IMG/VR virus record: IMGVR_UViG_3300043821_000021
DNA length: 37,733 bases
Strand: one strand, 5' to 3'
Source of the DNA: a virus
Positions within the stretch are counted from its first letter, which is position 1. Every line of letters begins with the position of its first letter. Of this stretch, positions 6,695 to 15,363 are shown in pieces. The translations under genes were made by a program, and so were the position numbers. The notes below the pieces were generated by a model. It was given only the letters and a program-made list of their open reading frames with translations, had not been told where the DNA came from and did not search any database.

Positions 6695-7996
6695 TCACAG
6701 GCTTGCGATCAGGTTAGATCCTGACATCCATTGCAGCCTACCATAATAGGCAAGGCGAGAGCCGATAGACGCATGCGCAGCCGACCAGGCGTTAAACGTA
6801 TCCGCATAACCGAGACCGGCCAACGAGCCGCGATTCGCAAACCCACCCCACAGCGGAAGCTGCCCAGTAGCGCTATTATAATTATAATCGCACCAATACG
6901 ATGAAAAATTAGCACCGCCAGTCTTAGCGAATATGTCAAAATATTCTCCCAAAACCAGAGTTTTAGGATACACACTGCTTGTTTGCCTCACTATTTGCCT
7001 ATAAGTGCCATTCGGGTGTGTCGTAAGCTCACTTGAAGTCGGCAATCTGTTACCCTCATAGATAAACACCTCGCTGCCTGTTTGCCCCTCATTAGCTGAC
7101 GATCCGAAATATAAACCTTGCACCATGCACCAATACCAGCACCATGGATCTTCAATGCCGAAGAAGTTTACTCTGCTGGCATCCGTGGTTGAAACATTAT
7201 CAGAATTCGTCAAAGTGATATCTATTTTCCCACAGGAATCGCCTAATGACTTTGTTGCCCCAGTCAGAAGAGCGGAAGCCTGAGTGAAAACGTTTGTTCC
7301 ATAGCCGCTGCCACCTGTTCCATAACCGACATTTGTCTGGCAGTTAGGATTACCAAATTTCGACAAATTCAGCATGATCATCAATCTCTGATGATCGTAG
7401 TTGATAAGGCCGAAATTTTTCCCATTGACCTGCGCCGCATTCCAGAACTGGGTGATAGCCTTGGATGCCGTAACATTAACTCCACTCCTGGAAGTCAGCG
7501 CTGCGCCATTCATATAGCCCATATAAGCGCCGAAACAGCTTTCTTCGATATAATGGCCGCCGATTGGAATCTGGCTCATCCAAAGACAGGTCAGGCCGGA
7601 AATCTCATCGGTCTGAACGAGATAGTAGAGCCGTGGAGCATAGAACATCACATGGCCCTGAGTCTCATCGAGAGCCGTACCGTCTGCGAACACTGAACTA
7701 TCCGTCGCTGAAAGCTTAGCCGCCTTTCCGTCGTTGGTCAGGAAGATCCTGCCTACATGCGACAAATACTCATCCCTCAGAACAGTGTTCCCTACTACGC
7801 CCCATGCCGGAGACGATGATTTCTCCAGAGGCACACCCCATGCCACCTGCTGGAGTAAAGCCTTTTGCCCTTGATTGAGAGCTGCCTGCAGCTCATCCAC
7901 AGTAATCCTGCGTATAGATCCGCCGATCTCCACCAGGATTGAATCGGTGCCCAATATGGTAGTCACCGAATCTACATTACCTAAATTTTTGCTCAT
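6695..7996 (-). CDS. DGR variable (target) protein; tail-fibre/receptor-binding candidate with a C-type-lectin/FGE-like C-terminus
   Basis: 433 aa. VR covers aa 380-416 (LPLWGGFANRGSLAGLGYADTFNAWSAAHASIGSRLA). The WGG...G..G.GY...N.W......G.R pattern is typical of CLec-fold DGR targets. The gene sits in the tail-fibre region. Confidence 0.9.
   Translation of the reverse strand: MSKNLGNVDSVTTILGTDSILVEIGGSIRRITVDELQAALNQGQKALLQQVAWGVPLEKSSSPAWGVVGNTVLRDEYLSHVGRIFLTNDGKAAKLSATDSSVFADGTALDETQGHVMFYAPRLYYLVQTDEISGLTCLWMSQIPIGGHYIEESCFGAYMGYMNGAALTSRSGVNVTASKAITQFWNAAQVNGKNFGLINYDHQRLMIMLNLSKFGNPNCQTNVGYGTGGSGYGTNVFTQASALLTGATKSLGDSCGKIDITLTNSDNVSTTDASRVNFFGIEDPWCWYWCMVQGLYFGSSANEGQTGSEVFIYEGNRLPTSSELTTHPNGTYRQIVRQTSSVYPKTLVLGEYFDIFAKTGGANFSSYWCDYNYNSATGQLPLWGGFANRGSLAGLGYADTFNAWSAAHASIGSRLAYYGRLQWMSGSNLIASL
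6748..6859 (-). repeat. DGR variable repeat (VR)
   Basis: 112 bp at the 3' end of the 6695..7996 gene. All 17 differences from TR are at TR adenines (coding strand). Confidence 0.95.
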
Positions 7997-8008
7997 ATAT
8001 CAATAATA

Positions 8009-9043
8009 TTATGTTAGCGAATCAAAAGAGACCTGTACAAGCACCTCCACATCGTGCTGAGTACCGTCAGCATTGTCAGTATGATCAGTGCTCACGGTGA
8101 TGGTCGGATCTGTGCCGCTGCCCAGCACCTGCCAGGTGTCTCCATCCATTATCTGCCATGAATATGATGGAGAGGAAGGAGTTAGAACAGAGCCATCCGA
8201 TGCCTTGATGATACGTGCAGCGACAGTCACCGGATTGTCGGTGTCAACCAGCTTATTCGTGGAGCTTATGTATGGCACAACATTTATCTCATCAAGCATA
8301 TCTATGATGGAGATTCCTGCCCTGAACACATAATCCGTATCATCTGCATTCAGATAGAACTCTGCGATGAAGAGCTGGCTGGCATTGATGTCATCACGCC
8401 CAACAGTTATGCTCTTCTGACCACGGTTGGCAGTCATCTCCGTACCTCCCTTGTACCACCTTACGGAATAGATGGAAACCTCAGCCGCTGACAGCCAGAG
8501 CTCAGTGTCAAGAGTGACGCTGCTGACATCGCCGTTAAGCATCATCGATGATGCGTTAATGAATCCATAGTAGCTTGATGCGCCTGCGCTCTGGATCTGG
8601 AAGTCTACGCTCTTTGTAAGACTATACTCAATGCCTGCCACAGTAGCCGTGCAGCTGAAAAGAAGAGTGTCATTGGCCGTGTTGGTTTTGGAAGCCAGAT
8701 CGCCGATAATCTTCAGTGCTCCGGTGTCGGCATTCATGGCGAACTTGCCAGTCGAGTCGGCCTTATAGCCTGCAGAATCTTCTGAGCCTGTGAATGACAG
8801 CTCGCTGCCGTTATATGACCAATGGAAGCCTGAGAGCGTCACGGCATTCCCTCTGGAGCTCGCCGCTTGTGGAGTGATGATCGGCTGATTGGCAGCCACC
8901 GAGAATGAAGGCTTCGCCACACCAGTCTGATTGTCTATCGTCTGGAATAAGGGCTTCCCATTAAGTGCGAATACTAGGGAGATTGTGTCTCCGTTGCGCA
9001 TTCTTTTGATAGTAATACTGCCCTGTGCTGAATATCTGCTCAT
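8009..9043 (-). CDS. Tail fibre / Ig-like repeat structural protein
   Basis: 344 aa of beta-rich S/T/N/G sequence, immediately upstream of the DGR target in the tail module. Confidence 0.4.
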   Translation of the reverse strand: MSRYSAQGSITIKRMRNGDTISLVFALNGKPLFQTIDNQTGVAKPSFSVAANQPIITPQAASSRGNAVTLSGFHWSYNGSELSFTGSEDSAGYKADSTGKFAMNADTGALKIIGDLASKTNTANDTLLFSCTATVAGIEYSLTKSVDFQIQSAGASSYYGFINASSMMLNGDVSSVTLDTELWLSAAEVSIYSVRWYKGGTEMTANRGQKSITVGRDDINASQLFIAEFYLNADDTDYVFRAGISIIDMLDEINVVPYISSTNKLVDTDNPVTVAARIIKASDGSVLTPSSPSYSWQIMDGDTWQVLGSGTDPTITVSTDHTDNADGTQHDVEVLVQVSFDSLT

Positions 9044-9261
9044 ATCTTAGAGTTTTTAATGAAATCCTTAGCCTCCCAGTCAGAGAGGATTCTTCCTGGA
9101 AGCTTCTTTACCTTAGTCTCCAGAGATCTCTGTCTGGAGAGCGTATGGCAGGCAAGCACCTCTCGCTCATTGAGCAAGACCTGATCGCCTACGAATATGT
9201 GCCCGATCAGCTTGATTCCACGTCTCAGGGCACTTTTTTTATCGGTTACAACGTATCTCAT
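9040..9261 (-). CDS. Hypothetical small protein
   Basis: 73-aa ORF with an ATGA-type overlap to the downstream gene. It contains the nested palindrome at 9117..9140. Confidence 0.45.
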   Translation of the reverse strand: MRYVVTDKKSALRRGIKLIGHIFVGDQVLLNEREVLACHTLSRQRSLETKVKKLPGRILSDWEAKDFIKNSKI

Positions 9262-9262
9262 A

Positions 9263-10471
9263 TCAATTGATTATAAAATTCTCCCCATTTCTATCGGTGA
9301 ATATCTCACCGTCCTTATCGGCTGCCAGCGCAAACACATCTTTAGGCACCGCCGAGACGTAAACATCCAGCCAGTCATCGGAGTAGTTCTGCCCCACACC
9401 GGCGGCATCGAGATTAATGAGAGCCGCACGGCCCTCGTTGTGCTGCATCTCCTTCACGGTCGCCGAGTCGGTGTACCAGAGGATTTTCAGGATCGATTCC
9501 GGACACTCGACGATTTTTCCGGATGAATCCACCTGCACTACATCATACCTCTCATGCTGAGATGGAAGGATGTCAGTCTCATTGGTAGGCCTGCAAGTGA
9601 AGGCCTGCTTATCCCTCGCAATCGAAAACTGTATGCGCCCGACCTCTGTATCATCGACAAATGCCTTGATCATATAGTTGGCTTTCTCCAGCATACGGAG
9701 ATCAAGCGTATAGGCCCAGCTGTCAGTGCCGCTGGCAGCTGACATATCAAGCTCCGTGAAGGTGCTCTCATTTTCGACCTTATAGATTTTCATGGTAAAT
9801 CCAGAAGCCTGCATCAGAGTACCGCCTTTGTACAGTCTTGCTGATATTGTCCGCAGATAGCTTCCCGAATCGGCCAATGCAGCGTTATAGGCCGCCGTTG
9901 AAGCCTCCTGGAGTCCATGAGCCACCTTATATTCATACAAAAACAGCTTATCGTTGAACGGATTGTAGCGGATTGTTTTCTCGCAGTCCAAGGAGACGCT
10001 GTAAGATGCATCTGCCTTATCAACGACAGAGAGGATAATCGGATCTGTCAGGATAGGGATGGTAACGCCAAGCCGGTTATCAACCAGGTTCGCCTTGAAC
10101 TGGAGCGACAGACGCTCAGCTGGAGCGAGATTGCGCTTGATAAGCAGGCTCCCTCTGGTGACTCCGACAGTCTCAATCTCATACTTATCCGTCCAGTCTG
10201 TAAGAGTGGAGATATCCACGCCATTCACCAGCCATTGCATATCCGCAAGATGGGAGTTGGCAGTGTAGTCCGTCCAGCTGCCGTCGGCGGCATTCGCTGA
10301 GACGGTCGGCCGGAGCAAGGTCGGAGTGATGCTCCGGTCAGGCTCATACGTTCCCTGTGCCGGATCGTAAGCCTGAGTAACAGGGCTGTAGTCAGTAGCG
10401 CAAGCCAGCGACACTGACACGCTCAGTGGAGCGAAATCCCTGCGTATGCGTATTCTTCCAGACTCAGCCAT
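9263..10471 (-). CDS. Tail-associated structural protein
   Basis: 402-aa beta-rich ORF, tightly packed within the tail module. Confidence 0.4.
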   Translation of the reverse strand: MAESGRIRIRRDFAPLSVSVSLACATDYSPVTQAYDPAQGTYEPDRSITPTLLRPTVSANAADGSWTDYTANSHLADMQWLVNGVDISTLTDWTDKYEIETVGVTRGSLLIKRNLAPAERLSLQFKANLVDNRLGVTIPILTDPIILSVVDKADASYSVSLDCEKTIRYNPFNDKLFLYEYKVAHGLQEASTAAYNAALADSGSYLRTISARLYKGGTLMQASGFTMKIYKVENESTFTELDMSAASGTDSWAYTLDLRMLEKANYMIKAFVDDTEVGRIQFSIARDKQAFTCRPTNETDILPSQHERYDVVQVDSSGKIVECPESILKILWYTDSATVKEMQHNEGRAALINLDAAGVGQNYSDDWLDVYVSAVPKDVFALAADKDGEIFTDRNGENFIIN

Positions 10472-10472
10472 C

Positions 10473-10739
10473 TTACCAGATAATCAGATAAAGCCAGATC
10501 AGCACCTGCATTGTGAAGCCACCGAAAACGGCCGCCCAGATACTATCCCTATCAATGTCGCCGAATCTGGCCAGGATTGCGTAAATAACGCTGAACAATA
10601 CTACGAAAGACGCTATCGGCCTTATCAGGGCAAGGAGCCCTGTGTATAGCAGCGTAAGGCAGAAATCCCCCATCCTGTTTTTCAGAATGGCAGCGGCCCA
10701 TTCATAGGCCTTCTTCAGATATGTCAAAATCTTCTTCAT
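10473..10739 (-). CDS. Small integral membrane protein
   Basis: 88 aa with about three hydrophobic helices (FCLTLLYTGLLALI, FVVLFSVIYAILA, FTMQVLIWLYLIIW). Confidence 0.5.
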   Translation of the reverse strand: MKKILTYLKKAYEWAAAILKNRMGDFCLTLLYTGLLALIRPIASFVVLFSVIYAILARFGDIDRDSIWAAVFGGFTMQVLIWLYLIIW

Positions 10740-10743
10740 AGCG

Positions 10744-13194
10744 TTATATGATTATATTCGTTTCTACTGATGAATCCTGGAGATTAGCAGTCACTGTGAA
10801 TAGAGTGCTGACAGTCGATGACCGGTTCCCAAGATCATTCTCATCTGCCGTGAAAGCGATGTCGATTTCTCCGGCGAAATTCTTCACTTTATCCTTAAGC
10901 AGCCATGCGGCATCATCGGTCGCATCGCCTGAGTCTCGCTTGATGCTCCATGATTTTACCTGGCTTGTTACATCCTCATAATAGCCTTTCCATACACTGC
11001 ACTTGAGATGAATAGTCTCTCCGTATGCCAGGAAATTGTCATTGTCATGATCTATCTCCAGTCTCAAATCAGCCTCATCAAATTGCTGGATAGTGCCTGA
11101 CATGTATATATTATGGAGATATGCGCTATAGCCTGTCATGTTAAGGCCATAGGTCGAAAGGTTGGAGAGATCTCCGAACTGAGCTGCGATCATGGAGCGA
11201 GTAAACTCCCAATCGTTCACGCCTTTCAAAAATCTCTCGTAAGTCCTGGTGGAATACCGGCTTACCTGCCTATCAGTATTCGTGAAGTTACCATAGGCTA
11301 CAAAGGTCATCGCCTCGCACGGATGGAAGCTGTGCTTCCAGCTGTCAGACTGAGCCCTCAGCTCATACCGGAATTTAGAACACTTTTCGTCAAGAATTTC
11401 AGTTACTCTGAAATAGGCAGTGAAGAAGCCTGAGAATCTGAAGTTGCCCTTGCTGTCATCGAAGTCATCTGCTGAGTTATTGTCGAGAGTCATCCCATCG
11501 TGGAAAATGCCCTCGCAGATATCATCCTCAGCTACTGTCCCGATCTCTCCATCTTCCAGATGAAGCGTTATAACGCCTGTCAGCAGCCGATCTCCGGCCG
11601 CATCTGTGTCAATGGTAACGCTCTCTATCACGCCGCCTCCTGGAGCGTTCCAACGGTTCCCTATCAGCACTGAAACACGGTTATATCTCAGCTCCGGCAC
11701 CTCCAGGAAATGCCTTAGAGTCAGCTGATCCAGTTCCGCTGCGCCATAGCCGTCGATATAGCCGCCCTTACCGGTCAGGCCGCCGACGTAATCGCCGAAT
11801 CTCACGCCTTTCTTGAAGGTGATGATTCCTTGGGCTACATCGTCAACGTCTTTCCTGAGATAGCTGTTGCTGGCTCCTTCCTTCGTCTGGATCTCCTTGC
11901 CGTCATAAGTCAGATTGCCATTCGAGTCGCCAAGCTTATCCAGCACGGCCTTATTCTCATGCGTGTGAGCGTCAATCCATGTGAGAGTCTCTTTATTCCA
12001 TATACCCAGAGATGCCAGAGATACCTTTCTCCATTCATTGGTATATGGAGACTGTACCAGGAATAGGATATCGTCGGAGAGCTCAGCATCAGAAAAGTCG
12101 CTAAGCTTGGCTTTCAAAAAAAAAATCTCTCCGCTAGGAGACGGAACCTCAAGAGAAACGTTCTGGACTGTACTCCGTGGAATTCTCAGCAAGTCACCGT
12201 CTTTGGCCAGCGAAAACTTAAACGTGCAGGCAGTCAGGTTATCCCTATCTGAAAGATTGACAGATGAGTTGTCGATGGTTATCCGCTCAGCATAGCCGTT
12301 CATGATCACCCATGCCCTGTCAGACGCAAGCAGCTCCCACAGCCAGCGAGAGCAAGTCAGGCCCTGATAGCCGGTATTCTGTTGCCATGAGTTGGACGGA
12401 TCAACTGTCAGGTTGATTTTCTCATCATTCTTCTCTGCGGCTTTGTAGGATATATCCGGTGCCTGCTGCATGTCACCGTGGAAAGTGAACGTGTCGATGC
12501 CACCAAGTGAGTTGGCTGCCAGATAGTAATGCTCATCACCCATCGTCGGCACGCAGACGAGCCTCTGAGTGTATGAGCTTCCAGCCGTAAGGTCAACAAC
12601 TCCGTAAATGGCATCAGCCGACAGTCCGGAAAGGCTCAACAGCCTGCTGAATGAGACATTGAATGTCGTGAGGCCGCTAGCGCTGCCGACAGAAACGCTC
12701 TTTGTCGTACCGTCCTTAAGGTAGAATTTAGCCGTGACGCTGCCGGAATAGCATGTGAGATATTCCGGAGAGTTGAATGTGACCTGTTTCGTCTGAGGCT
12801 GCCACGTGAGCCAGTTAGATGAGAGGAACGACGATGCCGAAGTGAGCTTACGCACGCCGCCTTTTATCACCCTGAACGTGGAAACCAGAGTTCCATCAAC
12901 ATAGGCTGTGAAGTCACCCACGGCATGACTCTGAGAGAATGCATTCGATGTAGGTATCTCAAGATAGAGCTCCTGAGCCGCCACTTCCCTCACGTCTATT
13001 TCTATATACCCATTGGCATCAGGCGAATAGGATTCCTCAATCAACGTTTCCGAGCCCTTCATGAGCTTAAACACTACATCTGCGGTGCTCTCAATGATGA
13101 AGCTCCGCATATTCCTCAGAAAATTGATGGAATCAGGACTCTGTGATACTGTTGCCATATTGTTGGAAGCAAAAATACAAACCGGATATATCAA
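10744..13194 (-). CDS. Large tail/baseplate structural protein
   Basis: 816-aa ORF, second gene downstream of the tape measure. It contains a T10 run on the coding strand (A10 on + at 12116..12125). Confidence 0.5.
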   Translation of the reverse strand: MIYPVCIFASNNMATVSQSPDSINFLRNMRSFIIESTADVVFKLMKGSETLIEESYSPDANGYIEIDVREVAAQELYLEIPTSNAFSQSHAVGDFTAYVDGTLVSTFRVIKGGVRKLTSASSFLSSNWLTWQPQTKQVTFNSPEYLTCYSGSVTAKFYLKDGTTKSVSVGSASGLTTFNVSFSRLLSLSGLSADAIYGVVDLTAGSSYTQRLVCVPTMGDEHYYLAANSLGGIDTFTFHGDMQQAPDISYKAAEKNDEKINLTVDPSNSWQQNTGYQGLTCSRWLWELLASDRAWVIMNGYAERITIDNSSVNLSDRDNLTACTFKFSLAKDGDLLRIPRSTVQNVSLEVPSPSGEIFFLKAKLSDFSDAELSDDILFLVQSPYTNEWRKVSLASLGIWNKETLTWIDAHTHENKAVLDKLGDSNGNLTYDGKEIQTKEGASNSYLRKDVDDVAQGIITFKKGVRFGDYVGGLTGKGGYIDGYGAAELDQLTLRHFLEVPELRYNRVSVLIGNRWNAPGGGVIESVTIDTDAAGDRLLTGVITLHLEDGEIGTVAEDDICEGIFHDGMTLDNNSADDFDDSKGNFRFSGFFTAYFRVTEILDEKCSKFRYELRAQSDSWKHSFHPCEAMTFVAYGNFTNTDRQVSRYSTRTYERFLKGVNDWEFTRSMIAAQFGDLSNLSTYGLNMTGYSAYLHNIYMSGTIQQFDEADLRLEIDHDNDNFLAYGETIHLKCSVWKGYYEDVTSQVKSWSIKRDSGDATDDAAWLLKDKVKNFAGEIDIAFTADENDLGNRSSTVSTLFTVTANLQDSSVETNIII

Positions 13195-13197
13195 TAA

Positions 13198-15363
13198 TTA
13201 GGACACGGAAACGGACTCCAGCCAGATATAGAGAGTGTCTGTCTCAACCACCTTGAATTCCGATGTCTGGTTATGATTGGTCAGGTAGGAGTAGCCGAAA
13301 TCGACAGTCCGCTCTATCAGCGCCGACTTCAGGCCAGCTGCCGACGGAGCTGCAAGGAAGAAGTTCTTCTTTCCGGCTGAATAATCATCGTTGTACTGTG
13401 CGATGATGGTCTTATCTGAATAGTTTGCCTGAATCTCAGCCTTCTTATCCTTAACCTGGCTCTCGTTGACCTGCCACTTATACGGAGATTCCGAATATTC
13501 TACTGCCGGGCTGTCGGATATACCGTCTGCGAAGTCCTTAACCAGATAGAATTTGGCTTCCTGGCAAGCAGTGTGTTTGCCGATCTCGTATTTCATAGAG
13601 ACTGGCAGCAGCTTCTGGCCGTTGTAGATCTTAAGCCGATACATCTTGTAATCAAGCAGATCCTTAACGCCCAGATCCCACTTCCCTGAGAGCTGTGTGA
13701 GATTGTTCAGCAGCATCTTGTTGTACTGCTTGAAGAACATCTCCATCAGCGCATCATTGGTGAGGCCCAGCTTTCCCTCACGCAGATTGCCCAGATTATC
13801 GTATTTCTGCGTTGTACCATAGTAATAATGTCCGCCGATAGTGTTTCCGCTGGAAACACGCCTGATGCCCCCACGTCTGTTGCCTGTCGTTACCACCTCC
13901 GTCGAGCCGGATTGCTCAGAGGATTCGGACTTTGAGGATAATCCGGCATACTCAACGATGATGATATCCTGATCCTCATCCTTAGCGCTGTCATTATACG
14001 TCGTGTTCCGGTGTTTTCTGTCACCGATATACGGCATAAGCACGCCATGGACGAATACCATTGGCGGCATCAGGTCAGCCGGAGAGATTTCCTCTGTCTC
14101 ATCGGAGTTATCCTGATCATAGTCGAAATAGTTAGATCCAAGATATTTCCAGAGGCTTACGGTCTCCGAATCCCCAGATGAGCCCGACCTGGAAGAGCCG
14201 GAAACCCTTCTGAGATGGTCGGAGAATCGGGTCTGAATCTCATAATATGCTCCAGTGGCGGCATAGAATGCCAGCCCCATATTGTCAAGCGTAGGCTTTG
14301 CCGATACAGCGAAATCCTTGCAGTAATGGTATTTCTCTATCAGCGCTTTGAGAGTAGATGCAGCCGGTGCCGCACCGTCAAGCTTCGTATCAGACTTTAG
14401 CACCACTCTCTTTGACTTTGAATATGTCAGAGTCAGCTGATCGCAGAGCTTCTTGCTCAGATCCACGTCGAATGAGCCGGAGAGGATATCTTCCAGCAGC
14501 ACCAGGTCAACTGTCTTTGTGGCCGGATAGAAGATAGCCTCTGCATGGAACTTTTTCTCAATCCATTCAAGAATTTCGCTGACCTTCTTATTCGGCACCA
14601 GGTCTGAATAGTCTATCTTGCCGTTGCAGATTACGTCGCTGCAGTTGTGCAGCAGGATAATATCCTTAAGATAGTCGCTAGTCTTAAAACAGTCCTGCCC
14701 AACAGTGTAGCCGCACAGCTGGAACATCGTTTCAAAGAATGAATAAAGCTTCAGGAACGGAGCAATGCCATAACCGTCCGGAACGTGCACTGTGTCATCT
14801 CCCTCAGTAACCAGCCTGGCATCATGCAGCAATGGCCGTATGTCATCACTTGATGAAGTGTCAGGCTCATTATTGACCTGATAGGAGCCGCCATCCTCAT
14901 CGTAGTTGACAGCTACAGGGATAATCCGGAAATCGCTGTCAGTCACTTCACCTTTATAGACCTGGAAGAGCCAGTCATACCAGTCGGTCGGTGTTGTGTA
15001 AGTGGTCAGCACCTTCTGAGAGAAAAGGTCTTTCAGGTTCTTATCCTTGTAATTGGCATAGAAATCCGACTCTTCGAGAGCTATTGCGCAAGATATTCCG
15101 TCTTTAGAAACCGAGTTAACCACCAGAGTGCCTTTCTTGCGATATACCCCATTAGAGAGTATGGCAGGGAACATGTTCACGAACCTTGCATTCCTTCCAG
15201 GTCTACCTGGCTGCGAAAGCTTCGCCAGATCTTCCGGAGTGGCTGGGATGGTCGCCGCAACACTCGATGTGCCATCATCGCTGAAAAAAGCGTTATTGCT
15301 GTCTATCTCGAATGAGAAATCTTCAGGAAGCGACAATTCGCCTTTATCTACGAGTAATTTCAT
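13198..15363 (-). CDS. Tail/baseplate structural protein (distal-tail position)
   Basis: 721-aa ORF that overlaps the tape measure stop by 4 nt (ATGA). This is the position normally held by the distal tail protein or hub. Confidence 0.5.
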   Translation of the reverse strand: MKLLVDKGELSLPEDFSFEIDSNNAFFSDDGTSSVAATIPATPEDLAKLSQPGRPGRNARFVNMFPAILSNGVYRKKGTLVVNSVSKDGISCAIALEESDFYANYKDKNLKDLFSQKVLTTYTTPTDWYDWLFQVYKGEVTDSDFRIIPVAVNYDEDGGSYQVNNEPDTSSSDDIRPLLHDARLVTEGDDTVHVPDGYGIAPFLKLYSFFETMFQLCGYTVGQDCFKTSDYLKDIILLHNCSDVICNGKIDYSDLVPNKKVSEILEWIEKKFHAEAIFYPATKTVDLVLLEDILSGSFDVDLSKKLCDQLTLTYSKSKRVVLKSDTKLDGAAPAASTLKALIEKYHYCKDFAVSAKPTLDNMGLAFYAATGAYYEIQTRFSDHLRRVSGSSRSGSSGDSETVSLWKYLGSNYFDYDQDNSDETEEISPADLMPPMVFVHGVLMPYIGDRKHRNTTYNDSAKDEDQDIIIVEYAGLSSKSESSEQSGSTEVVTTGNRRGGIRRVSSGNTIGGHYYYGTTQKYDNLGNLREGKLGLTNDALMEMFFKQYNKMLLNNLTQLSGKWDLGVKDLLDYKMYRLKIYNGQKLLPVSMKYEIGKHTACQEAKFYLVKDFADGISDSPAVEYSESPYKWQVNESQVKDKKAEIQANYSDKTIIAQYNDDYSAGKKNFFLAAPSAAGLKSALIERTVDFGYSYLTNHNQTSEFKVVETDTLYIWLESVSVS

